From Perkinsus chesapeaki ATCC PRA-425 (taxonomy: Eukaryota; Protista; Perkinsozoa): 33,832 nt of DNA. Position 1 is the stretch's first letter. Each line of letters begins with the position of its first letter. Position numbers and translations under genes: made by a program. This document shows, in pieces, positions 1 to 12,800 of the stretch. Below the pieces are notes generated by a model. It searched no databases and was not told where the DNA came from. It saw nothing but the letters and a program-made list of their open reading frames with translations. The stretch covers positions 1-33,832 of the forward strand of contig JAAPAO010000388.1 in the NCBI GenBank assembly GCA_013115145.1, read 5' to 3'.

Positions 1-2438
1 GAAACGGAAATGAAACCGCGCTCGCATGAGCGAAGCGAAGTATCACAGATATACAAACGTCATGCATCTACAGCGCTGATACCGTCAGCCTGAGTCAGCG
101 GCTGACTCACACCGCACATGCCCGAGCTAACCGAGTCATAATAAACGAAACGTCGATAATTTGGTAACCAGACTGAACCGGAGCATCTTCAAGCGGCGGC
201 TTGAGCCAGGCTCCCTGCCTCAATCGAGGCCTGTAACCCGGTATCCAGTTATTAATTGCTGTGATGTTACTCTAACGCGTAAATGAGGAGATGAAGACAG
301 TACGATAATCGTACTACGATAGTGGACTATCTTAGAGGCATGAAATGATCTCTAGATTGAACCTTCAGTAGAGTTCATCAGATGGCAACTGCAGGGCGGC
401 GGCCACTAAACCCAGTTAACGCATCCCCTCACGAGCATGTGTGGAGCAAGTCGCATTAGTCTAGAATCTAGAGCGCTACGTCACGTGTAGACAAGGCACC
501 ATGGAGCCATTATGCGGAGCCACTATAGCGGCTATAGTATAGCCTTATCGTGTCACCTTGTATACAGTGCTCCCTCTCCTGCATTCTGTCTATACACGCA
601 TATTCCTAGCTATGAGTGACGTAGGATAAGCTACAGCTTAAATCACTCCTTAATTACAAGGTTTTTATTTTCTCCATCACCCAACCCCTTGGGACTTTGG
701 TTTGTTACCCTACACATGATACCACTCAGCCTTGATGACTATGCCTGCCCAATCCTTCATTGATTGCTCATCCAAGTCTGTTCCATCGATCGATCTTCAT
801 TTCCCGCAATTCTTTCGCTTCGACCCCTGGTGGATCCCGATCTCCCAGCGAAGGTCAAGGCGCACCGTTAGCTCCGGTGTATGAGACTGTGACTCTCTCC
901 GTGCGATGTGATTGAACTTAGTGGACAGTGAACCTATTGTTTGGAATGACATCAAGTCTCTGCTGCCTTCCCGTCTTTATTGGCATTATCCTTGGCTTGG
1001 GAGCCGAGCAACAACAAGCTGGTCTGCGTGGTCTTCGACCCCCAAGAGGTAAGCTGACTGCTAGGGAATTCAGCGCGCCGAACACCGATCTTGTGAAAAC
1101 TCACAGTGTGCCTCGGTACTGGAATATTCATCCTTGCCTTCCCAACCACATCTACATCCGGGTAATATCTCCAAAGTTGATAATGAGTCTTGGTTACTCC
1201 CAAAAGTCTTTTGGGATGTAATATGATTATAACTTGTAACTTATAACCCTCAGGCACAATATCCGCCACAAAGCCTTGCATCTCCAGAATCTCCTTCCGA
1301 ACAGCTGTTTATAGCATATTTGTGGAAATCTGGACGCTCACAGGCGTCCTCTAGAAAAAATTTGGTTTGGGTTCTTACTGCTTCATATGGTGCCTCGCGG
1401 CGGTCAAGACAACGTTGCTGAGGTCTCCATGCCGTTTGTTCAGAGGTCGTCGTGCACTTTCACAGTGAACTTCCGCTACCATACGACACCTTCCATCCTC
1501 ATCGGGGTTGTGTCGAGTTGCAAGGTAATTATCAACTGTTAATTAAACCCAGGAATCCTGTACCCGAACGCCAGAGCGAAGCGTAACTCCGAGGTGATCG
1601 GAATAAGAATGTCACACATTCAGTCGCCTTGATGACGGGCAACTGTCGAAGGTCCAACGCTTATTGACTGACTAGATGCAATGACACAAGAAGATCACAG
1701 TCGAAGCATGACTCTATGTACTCGTGTGAATCGACATCGGCCATTGGCATTCGCTGTACAACTGTTGCCGCTTCTTTTCCTAGTCCTTCCCAAATGAATT
1801 GTCAACACAGTTCTCCCTCCCTTGGCGATCATGCTGATACCGAGTATTAGTCTGTATAAACTGTCAACTTGTGAGGGTTGAACTTGCCCTACGCCGAACT
1901 TGGACTCTCACGATCATCCAACACTCGGCGAGACCTCCTCCGGGTGGTTGTGGGTTGGTTGAAAATCTTCCGCTTGAACGGCAACGCAGCTGACTTGACC
2001 ATCTGCTCGTACAAAGGATGCCTCGAACCTGAAGTTATTCACGGTGATTCAATATTGGTACCTTGACAAGGTAACCTTGTATTTCCTCAACGCGTTCCTA
2101 TTATAACACAAACTGTCGGGTACGGCCCCCCGACCGTCGACACAACTTGTGTGGCACGGAATGGCAAGAGTGTTATGTGGACACAAGTTGTGTCCCCATA
2201 CACTGTTGACACTGTTGCCATTCCGCTTTACAGTTGTACTGCACAACACTGCGTGTTCTTTCACACACAATCGATGACACATACGGAGACGTGACGCGAG
2301 TCGATGAGCGAGTAAGCCGGTTAGATTCGAGCGACAGTGTTTCCTTGGCTTATCTACCACTCTTAAGTTAACTCCAGACCCCTGTGTCTCATCTGTGGGA
2401 GGATTTCTTCCAAAAGGAGGAGTTTAAGATTTCCTCAC

Positions 2439-3242
2439 ATGAAGTCCACCCTTCCCTTTCTAGAGTGTATCGTTATCGCCATTAATCTTCGGTTAATTTC
2501 GAGCCTATTTGTAAACCGGGACGCTACTGAACTTAAGTACAGGCCTGCCGAGGACGGCGATCTCATGAACGGAGCTCCAATAGCATCGTCTTTGCCGGGG
2601 ACCCGCAAGTTCGTTGCCATCGACAACAGTGTCAGACCAGAATTCGTAGGAGCAGCATGAGCATCCGTCGTGAACGGCGATCCCATTCTCAGAGAGTGGT
2701 TGCATTCGTGGAGTTTGTGGGGGATCAGGAGCCACCAGACTACATCCTACGAAAACTGTCGGTTAATCTACCTACTGCGAGCGATAGTTACGCCCGTCTA
2801 CTCAGATCCGGTGCGGAGAAGCGTAAAAAGTTTTTTAAGATTGCTGAGGTGTTCGTCGCGAAACCCTGGAGGGGGCGGGGGGTTGGGTCCATAATGCTAC
2901 CACAAGCCCTCAAATGGGTAGGCCAACAGTAGACCTTGCCAGGCTGGATTTATCCGCTATCAGATTAAATCGGAGAACTCTGGCACCGCTGCAGTCTACC
3001 TCAGTGTCAAACCAGGAAATAAGAATGCAATCAAATTATATAAGAAAACTAACTTCACTCTTCTGTCTACCGGTAGAGTCGTTGAGGTCACTTCTCCGCT
3101 CGGAACGGACCGTTTCCAAATTGTCATTATACAATGCAACCGTTGCTCATCAGGTTCCCTGCAGACTCAGGTTTTCCTGTACAAGTATTCGGATTCCAAT
3201 GGCACCGAGACACTTTCACAGGGATCGCAAGAGCATGATTGA
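2439..3242 (+). CDS. GNAT-family N-acetyltransferase with hydrophobic, signal-peptide-like N-terminus; join(2439..2630,2693..2917,2964..3242), possible extra intron in last exon
   Basis: Phase-0 GT-AG introns 2631-2692 and 2918-2963 join FVAIDNS|RVVAFVEF and QALKW|IKSEN. GNAT acetyl-CoA motif A 'IAEVFVAKPWRGRGVGSIML' and motif B 'VYLSVKPGNKNAIKLYKKTNF' are present. Stop TGA at 3240-3242. Confidence 0.8.
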
Positions 3243-3474
3243 GGAACGATGTCAGTCTATTTTTGCTCCTGATTTATATTAACACTCGACTGCTCGACTT
3301 GAGTTGCCACAGATACCTTCATCAGGGTTGTGAGATCCACTAGTATAGACCGCACAGTGCTTTGCGAAACGAGCGCTTTTTCACGATGAGAACTTCACTC
3401 TTTGAGTGGCTAGAGGGTCAACTTGATGGAACTCAAAAGACTGATGATTGGAAACCGTTTTACTAATTAAATTG

Positions 3475-5430
3475 TCATGCTGCCGGGACCTCCTCTCGGC
3501 AAATTTCTTCGAGTATCTTTTGCGCGCTGTTCCTACTAGCCGTCGTAATGCCGATGAGGCCAGCTCTGACTGTGTGGTCCAAGGTGTAACGAAGATTTAC
3601 AACTGAAACGGGAGAGAAGATATCTAAGGAGGGCGACTGATTTGACGAACGTTCATCAAGGAGACTAGCGATTTCCTCTTCATCCAGTTCATCCCACAAA
3701 CTTGCACAATTGACCCCTAACAAAGGTGCATTTTGAACCGTTCATCGGAGTTTGGGGTTGGTACTTATATAAAGATATCTGTTCTCTCGATCAGGCTGTG
3801 GCCCGCCAACCTTCGCGGGAACGCTGTGCAGAAGATCTCTACACTCCTTTGGGAACGAGACTTCTAAAAAGGTAGACACGTACTTGGAGACTCAACAGTA
3901 AGAATGAGTTCACCTTCTTCCCCGACCGAACAAAGGTTGATCACAACGGAAGACTCAACGCCTCCTTCTAGTAGTCTTCCGGCACCTTTGAGGGATAAAG
4001 ATAACCAACCTACAGGCTTGGTAGCCGTTTACCAGCTTACCGTGAGCTTTGATTGCCGCCTCTAGCAGAGACCACCCGACTTCTGGGTTAATTCGCCGAG
4101 CCTGCAAACGCGGCAGCATAATGCTATCGGAGACAGTGCCTCACTGGCATTAGGGAGACGAGCCCCAGCAGTTTCCTGCTCTGATCAGTCCACGCTGCCA
4201 AGTTAGGATGGAGCAAGTTACAGTTGACCATCTGGTCTACTGCTTCGCTTGCTTTTGGAGGACTGCAGCTCACCAATGACCTGAGCGGCTTTACCGTAGC
4301 AAACTGAAGTGGACGTACTGAAGGGTGCCGAAGAGCCAAGAGGATAGTATCCTTGTTCTTGCTTGCATTAGCTCCGATAGTGCATTCTTATCCCGGAATG
4401 ACCTGAGGCATTTCGAAGTCGAACGTTCAACCTGGGGCCCGGGTTACCGTGGGAGCTTCAGCCTCACACCGACTGACCCTTCTAGAGATGATACGTCTGA
4501 GAACATATCCCGCAGAGTGGAGTTGGCGAATGAAGCTACGGCAGATGGGAGAATATACGGACCTGAGGGAGCATTCGCTCGGACCAGGTAGCCATTGAGG
4601 AACTTAAGGTACTTCACGAATGAATGAATATTTCCTATCGAGAGCTCCATTCCTCCTGTTCACTAAAGGAATTCTGGGATTCAGAATCGATCCTAGAATC
4701 GCATCTTACGGCCATAAAACGTTTATTCAACGACTCCATTGTATCTCAACACGAGGAACCCTTTACGGTCATCATATATCTACGAGGCCAGGTGACTCCC
4801 TGACGGAGCCAACGTACCAGCCTTTTGCGTAGGTTTTAATACCGATTGAAGGAAGTGAGGAGAGACAAACTACCCCACCGAATGACTTACATCTAATATC
4901 AACTATAATGAAGCGATCTGCGGTCCAGCTGAGGGCATAGGATATCGAATCGAGATCCTGCACAATGGTTTCTGCGCGCGGAGGCGATTTGCCAGCTCGA
5001 CAACTAGCGAAGCACTGAAAGACAAACGCGTGTTACATCGAAGAGTTCGTTGTGATACTTCATCCAGCTTGTGGCTGAGAACCAAATGCTCTGCATAGTG
5101 CGGTGATCGGGTGACCGAAGCGTCCATAGACATACTGTGGGAGACGGCAACCATGTCGACAAGCAATGGCAAGAAGCCTCAGCTAGGAGGACTAATGCTA
5201 AGTCAAAGAAGAGTTAATGTTAGTCTATAATACCGTAACAACGCAGCTTTCATTCTTTCGATCGATATCTTGAGTAACCCTCTCCGGTCCACGACGACCT
5301 CTACGTTACTCTGGACTGAGAGGTACACAATCAACTGGGCTCCTACAATTCCTCCATCAGATTTTCTCCCGCTGATGACGGATTCCCGCGCAGGTATTTC
5401 ACAAGTGTAAACTGCCTTGCATAAACTCAC
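3475..5430 (-). CDS. Probable multi-exon hypothetical protein, exon structure unresolved
   Basis: Series of short minus-strand ORF pieces (e.g. 4772-4963, 4444-4650, 3475-3723) separated by plausible GTRAG...YAG intron-sized stretches. No recognisable domain. Confidence 0.3.
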
Positions 5431-5981
5431 TTCACCCAGTCAAGGGATCCACTCGGTTAAACCAAGTCAGTTGGCTGCTAGTGAAGAGAGGCCTACAAAG
5501 AGTTAACGAATTCTCCAAAGCTCCTGACCATAATGGTTTGTATTATATATCAATATGGTGATTCACGCCATTGATATCTATGGAGATGCACCTGGCTTTC
5601 GCGTAAAACTGTTTCACGCCAGTGTAAAACCGCATGAAGCTTTACATAACACAGGTGCATCTCCTATGTACGTATATTGTATGTAAATCATTCTCTACAT
5701 TTAGTGAACATATATATTACTATCTAGTCTGGTTAGTCACATTATATGAAAAATACCCTCCTTAAGACACAGCTGTAACAACTCAAATGCCTCCAAATAC
5801 CTGTCTGGACACTAGATGGTGATTCTCGTATATAAATGAATCGTAGAAAAATGTTGGTATCACAGAACGCTGTCTGACGCGTTCAAATCGGTTGAGCTCA
5901 GAATGGTAGAAATAGTGAACTATACTGAGAAAGAATTGTCAACCGTTTACGTGATATTTACAGAGCAGCAGTAATGGCAGT

Positions 5982-8686
5982 TTAATCAGAGGACTCGGTC
6001 ATTGAGGAGTACGACTCGACGCTGGTCATGTCTTCTGACTCACCAACAAGTGCCGGACGAGATTTGTTTTTCTCAGCAGCGTCGATAGCAGCTAAAGTGG
6101 TAAGCTCGCCAGCGGACGGCTCACGGTGAAGCAGGGAACCCTCGAGATTGTTCCACTTCTCCGCGAACTTGCCCAAGGCATAGAAAGTGTGATAGAGTTC
6201 GAAGCACTGCTCCGTCCTGAGCGATGCGGGAATGTCGCCTCTTTCAAGCATCGCCGCAACAAAGCGCTCTCTGATATCGAGGAACTTGTCGATGAACTGC
6301 TGAATAGTAACATGGACATCATCCGGCATACCCTCAAGATCATCAACTTCATTCTGAGATGCAAGCCTCTCGGAAATGCGAGTGGCAGAGACCCTCAGCG
6401 CTTCAGAGAACTCGGCGATCTTCTCCCACATTGGGTGCAATATTCTAGCAAACCTGTTGTAGGACTCGGTGTCGCTGAGGATGGGGTGGCTGACCAGAGA
6501 AGTGACCAGAGCAGAGTTGTACAGGTTAATGCTGTAGGTTAAAACAGTCTTGATGGCCTCTTGGTTTCTAAGAACCTCCTTGCTGACCTTCGGCACGGCA
6601 TGGGGAATCTTGCTGTATACGATGACCTCGGGCTTCGCATCGGCGGCGAGGGCATGCATTCTGACGATGTTCTGGAACACGCTTGTGTCCAGTATGTCTT
6701 CCTCGGCGTACATAGCACCGCTCGATTGAGTGACGAACTTGCCGGCAACTGTGTCGGATAAGCCGCTCTTGGTACGAACCATGTCATCCAAGGATTTGCT
6801 AACTTTTTTAGATATCTTCAACATAGTCTCCGCCGACAACTTATTAAGCTTCTTGCAAGCCATATCCGGGAAGAAGGTCGCAGCTATGAAGGACGTGGCC
6901 AAAGTGCCACCGAAGGTGAAGATAAATCTCCACCCGGCCTGCTTGAGCATCACATCATCGCTCAGAGGCGCTTGGACTGATGTGAAACCGACAATATGCC
7001 AAGTCAGGGAGTACATCCAACCAGCGTACCAGATAGGTTCGTATAAGCTGACCAACTTGGCGCTGAACATGAGCAACAGGAGCTCACAGAACCAAGCAGG
7101 TTTATTGTGGGGGTTGATGGCAACGCACGCAAGAGCCATACAAGCGCCGAGGAAGGTACCAATGATACGATAGTTGCCCTTGACAAGAGTGGCACCCGCA
7201 GTCGGCATGAAACAGACAAATGTAGGAATAATAGACCAGAAACCATGGAAGGCTACGTTGTTGCTGTAGGCGGTGCCGATGACCAAAGGAAAGGCTATGA
7301 TGAAGTAACAGACCTGCTGACGGATAGCATACTGATATCTATCCCAGAAGGAGTAGGTGCCCTCATTGTCCAACCAGAAGGGCTTCTTCCACCAATTCAC
7401 CGCGGCCTTCCATATCTTCTTTGAGATGCGGACGGTAGCCATTCCGGCAGTTTCCTGACACAACAAGTCCGTTAAACATCAACTCGACTATTATTGTCAC
7501 TTACTTGACTTTGCAGCTTCTTCTGCTTTGTTTCCTCAATCACCTCTTCCACAAGGGCCTTGCGGAAGTTCTCGGTCAAAATGGCCACATAAAGCATTGT
7601 GCCCACAGCATAATGGAACCTCAGCAGCTCGGCAGCAGAAGGGAACTGAGTGTGACCACGAGCGCACTCTGCGTTGCTCTCAGCAATACACTCAAGCAAG
7701 TATTCTTGGCAATGCTTGGCCTGTTCGCTCAAATCATAGCTGGAGGCTTCGGCCTTGCCATTTGCACAGTCCCGTAGGACCTGGGATACCGTAATGCGCA
7801 GATTACTGAAATCGGCGCAAAACGGTTTCCAAACATACTTGATCATCCCTTCGCTGAACTCGCCCTCGGACAAGCAATCACGTAGTGACGCAAGTTCGCT
7901 TGTTATGGTGAAAGCGGTAGCCTGGACCTTCGGGGGGAGCGGTATATTCACCAGCTTCTCCACAGCTTGCTCAAGATCCTTATGATAGGCCTCAGCGACA
8001 TCCGCACCCATGTTGACGTCAGGGAATCTCCCGCTCTCCTGCTCGAAGACGTTGGCAGCCGCGTCGGCGAAGGCTGAGATTGGCCCCGGCCCAGAGTGCG
8101 GAAGGAGCTTGGTGACCTTCAGTATCGTAACCACGGAACACATAACGACGAAGCCGAAGGTAGCCCAGGTGCCCGCTGCCGCTAGGGCCACATAGACGTT
8201 TCCAGGAGGGTAGAACATGGCTCCCAAAGTGCCAGTAACAAAGATACCCTCTGGCATGATCCAATCTCTGAGTTTGTTATTCATAGGCTTGAATGCCAGT
8301 GACCAAAACCATGCTTCTGGGAGCCAGAGGAGGAACGACCAAACACGGTTCCATTGGCCTGGATCAGCGGCATCAGCGATGACATGGACCAAACATGCGT
8401 TGGCGATACCAATCCACAGACCGAGAACTCCCTTCACAGACATCTTGATGAGCACCTCCCAATTCAGCATAAGCATCGTAGAGCAATACGGCCCGAGGAA
8501 CTGACACGAGAAATCCAATCAATAGCCAAAGAGGGAAGAAAGGCTTACCCCGATAGCAGCATACAGAGGATTCTTCAATGGATTAAAGAAGTACGGGAAA
8601 GAGGCTATTGCCGCACATAGCATGGCAAAGAATGCCGTCCAAAGCTTATAGGCCGACACCGACGCTTGCGGCTTTGGGTAAGGCAT
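5982..8686 (-). CDS. ALMT/FUSC (aromatic acid exporter)-like multipass membrane transporter, ~868 aa; complement(join(5982..7454,7505..8500,8549..8686))
   Basis: ATG at 8686. Phase-0 introns 8501-8548 (gtaagc...gtcag) and 7455-7504 (gtaagt...gtcag) join the two long ORFs. Contains the motif 'IIPTFVCFMPTAGATLVKGNYRIIGTFLG' typical of FUSC_2/ALMT, and two hydrophobic helix clusters each followed by a helical cytoplasmic region. Confidence 0.8.
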
Positions 8687-9021
8687 GCTTTATATTACTT
8701 TACTGAATAACAAAACCTCAACACATTCCCGTTCGCTATAGAACTCTGTTCTCTTGGGGAAATACAACACAAACAGACGGCGGCGGCGGCTTAGCTTCGG
8801 CGCGCAGACGAGCAAGCTAACTGAAATGGAACCTGGCAGCATCGAGCAACTCTAATATTGAAATAGCCATCTCCGAATACACAGTGATACAGGCAGCAAG
8901 AGCGTGTTATTGGGGAGAACAATACAAGGCCCCCAAACGGTCACATTGATAGAAGTCACGGAATAGCTTTAATCACAAAACAGCTTTCGGCATACTAGAA
9001 AATGCGCGCGCTAAAAAATCT

Positions 9022-9092
9022 TCCGACACAGCCGAGTGGTAGAGCACTCGACAAAAGATCAAAGCATCCAGGTTCGATGCCACCATCAGACA
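9022..9092 (+). pseudogene. Degenerate tRNA-like sequence (Phe-like)
   Basis: A-box/D-arm-like 'cagccgagtggtagagca', anticodon-arm-like 'ctcgacaaaagatcaaa' (resembles Phe 'ttagactgaagatctaa'), T-loop 'caggttcgatgcc' and a following T-run, all at tRNA spacing. Stems pair poorly. Confidence 0.45.
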
Positions 9093-9847
9093 TTTTTAAA
9101 TTCACCGCGACTATTGGCAACCGTGTTAACCGCCCTAAACAAAATATAAGCAAGCTTACCAACGATCCTCTAGTGGTCAGTTTCAATACGGCTGAAGCGG
9201 AATGATCTTCTCAGAAAGACACTGGCAGTGTGTTTTATACAACTACTCAAAAGCTGCAAAATGGTCGCTAAGAACCGCGTGATGTTCTCCGACGTGCAAA
9301 CTCACAGTGCGATGTCTAGGTCGTCTAGCTCAACAAATAGCGTTTCCACGCTCCTTTCTTTACTCAGAGAGAGCAATTCCAATAGATATGATTGACGCCT
9401 TGCCCTTGCCCTCCTTAGTGGAGGAGGGAGGCCTTAACTAGCGCAACACTGCTCTGCACTGCTGCAAACACCTCAGTCTACAATCTCTCTAAAAGGATTG
9501 TGAAGGCCAATAACAACAACCTTCTTAATAGACAGACGAGAAGGTTTACGAAAGCGACGCCGACGTCCCATCCAAAGTGACGCTGCTATATTATACAGAA
9601 GAACTACGGTATGCACGCATGCGCAAGACCGTTTATATAGAACAAAGAAGTCCAAGGCTACTGCGTCCAACTCCTTTGTTTGTGCCAAACTACTTATGGC
9701 GACAGTAATGTCATAGCCGAGAACGACAAAGATATTGAAATAAATGGGACAATGTTATAGGAATTATTATCCTTCATAAACGGGAAAACAACAGCACCAA
9801 CAGATTTTCGCTCGGGTAGCAGCTAGTCTCCAAGCTGGACCACTAGC

Positions 9848-12800
9848 TTATGGCTCAGGCGTCCAGGACTTGGCAGTGGTATTGCTCTCTCTCGAGCGAA
9901 TATCCATTTGGAAATCGGCTTCTTGTGGAGCACGGTCGACCCTGTAAATGCTGTCGGCCAACTGTAAATAGCATTCGTATCTGTGAAAGTGAAATCCCTT
10001 TCGAAACCACTTTCGGTGGACCTACTCTACACGCAGAGGAGTCGTATCATAGTGATAATGGCCGGCCATCTTGTCATTGAATCCATGAGTATGTATGTCT
10101 CTAAGATCAAGGTCGGCAGGAGGATTCGTGACGACTGAAAAGGACAGAAATGCCGCCCCGACCAGGAATCGAACCCGGGTGATTCGCTTACAAACTGTGT
10201 AGTTGGTAAATGGCGTCTCGGCCTCCTTCATTCTTAGCCAATCACAATCGATGAACTTCTGCGTTCTAATAGGCTTCACCGTGAAGTCGTGCATCACATG
10301 AATCATCACTTTTCCTACAACCAACAAACCATCAACCTCAACCGAATACACTTTAAATATTCTCAAATAACTCTACACCCGAGAAGAGCTAAATCCTCAT
10401 CCTCAAAGATATGTTACACACGTTATACTTTGGGCAATAATATTATTAATAAACCTTACATCAATTAACTTATTACTTATCAAGTTTATACTAACTTAAT
10501 ATCAAAGTTATTACTTATTAAGTTTATACCGACTTAATATCAAAGTTATTACTTATTAAGTTTATACCGACTTAATATCAAAGTTATTACTTATTAAGTT
10601 TATACTAACTTAACATCAAAGTTCTTAATATTAATAGATTCTCACCTTTCCTAACCAACACCACTCCACCCATCCCCAAAACCGAATGAGGGAATGCCTT
10701 CTCCAGAATCGACTTGAGCGTTCCAACTATATCCGACCCAACTTCAGGATCCATTCGCGCACCAGCGCGCACTCGCAGCACCTTTCCCGGTGCTCCAGTG
10801 CACTTGAACACATTACAAATAGGCTGAAATAGGAGGTGCATTCCCAAGCTGAGAATATTGAATAACCCACCCCAGACAGATACGAATGATATTCCCTCCT
10901 CTCGGGCATGGTATCTTCTCCAACTGTGCCGCATTCAGAATGAGGCTCTCCCTCCTCGCTGCAGTTAATCGCCAACTCGCCATTCTGATAGAAAAACCGT
11001 CAAATCTCCTTCTGACGGAAGGCGGCCGAAGGTCAGTAGAGAGAATTAATAAGCATTCTCATCACATACACTATTAACAAATATCCCCCACTGCGCCTAC
11101 AGACTTAATAACCGTAACAAGTATCAAGCAATAGTGCTCATATATGATACTCATTCTCATTACTCAACATTGTTCAACGTCATACAACAATACCACATGT
11201 TTCCAGATCGCATTGGTCCAGTGGCATTCGATGATGCTTCCTTTTGCCACCGAAATCTCCATTCCATCATGAACACTCCCCACTCCCCCATGGCTGAACG
11301 ACTCCATGAGCGAATAACATATTTCGGAACCATCAGTCTCACTACCACACAGCTTAATAACTTAATTCACACTATCTTAATCTAGACTGATAACTATAAA
11401 TTATACCACTCCGCCACCATTCGACTAACCAGAACTGTGCGACTGGCATCCTCACCACCACGATATCCTCCGCTCCATATAACTCCCAAGTTCAACATCA
11501 CCAACATCCAATCCACACTTCACCAATAAATACATACTAATCACACCGCCATTTCCCCCCGATATCACCTGCTGTGTGACAGAGTAAGCGCAAGATCCTG
11601 CCCCAAGAATGTGGAAGGCATGGTTATGCGGGTCCGGTTGCAGCGAATCTTGATGATCGATTGGGCTGCCGGCTGATGAGGTAGTGCTGGAGGGAGGGTA
11701 AACTGAACGAAGGAGCAAGGTGAGAATAAATTTATACGTTGATGAGAACCAAGTGACGTTCCAATATACTCCTTGAATGAGTAATACTCGTACTGATAAA
11801 AGCTTACTCAACGAAAGGCAGCTGGCATAAAATTGGCTATTTGGTATCCGAAGCACACTACTATATAAACCAAGTCGCGGGTGGAGACTTTCTACGCCGT
11901 AACAACTACACAGTCCCAGCCGCCACTGTAATTTAGCGTGCGCCTCGAACTAGACGAAATCGTTGGTATATTCTGAATCGCGGTGTTTTCCTTCATACGT
12001 TGGTTTAAAAGTTAAAACCAGGACTCATTATTATTATTATGTCCAACTATTTAAAATGGAAGTAAATGGACGACAATTCTACGATGACGATATGGGTCTG
12101 TGAGAGTATACAGCCATAGAATAGTCCGGATAAACGGTTGATCGATTTACATATCCTTCCTCGCTGTGTGCTCTAGATTAACACTTAATCTAAGCCGTCA
12201 TTATAAACTTGGAATTTGAACTCTCCCGTTCTACGAAAGTTTAGGCTCGTCAAACAGCCACTCGACAGCCGACGAGAAATCATAAAAAAATGAAATATTC
12301 TATTTCATCAGGGAGGGCTGGATTAGCCAGTGGTACAGTACTGGAGCCATCTTACTAGTGCTCTCCACGTCGGAATGTCCCCCATTATGCGGATGATCAT
12401 CCACTATTGATGCTATCTGCCTCATATCATACTCCTTAGTCAAATCGACTTTAGGGTAGAGTAATGCCACTCCTCCACAGTCCACGACAGCACCCTCGTG
12501 AGGATCTAAATATAACATCCCCATCCAACCCAGAGGAGGTCCATCAGCTCACTTCCGAGGCCCGGTTTACAGCAGGAAAATGGTGCCTCCCGCAGATCTG
12601 GGCAGTCGACTACGCCCACCTTAACCTGTGCAGCATAAATAAAGGCAAGGAAGCTTGATAGGCTTAATTATACAATATAAAAAAGGAATGCCTGTGAAAA
12701 CCTACAATAGTTTTTATCGGATCAAATTCACACGAAGCTTAGTAAAGCCAGCGTTGAAGCGATAAAAGTCGAAGAAAGTTGTCCAAAAGTCCCTCCCCCC

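Noticed and set aside
200-210. Minus-strand cctggctcaag resembling the 3' end of the Perkinsus/dinoflagellate spliced leader
   Set aside because: Only 11 nt match. The upstream CCGTAGCCAT part is absent and the site lies inside local palindromes.
700-1640. Possible intron-containing gene (ORFs 928-1221 + and 952-1281 -)
   Set aside because: Splice-like signals exist, but I could not build a consistent frame, choose a strand, or recognise a domain.
6092-8620. Numerous alternative-frame and antisense ORFs over the transporter gene
   Set aside because: Shadow ORFs of a long, GC-balanced coding sequence with no independent motifs.
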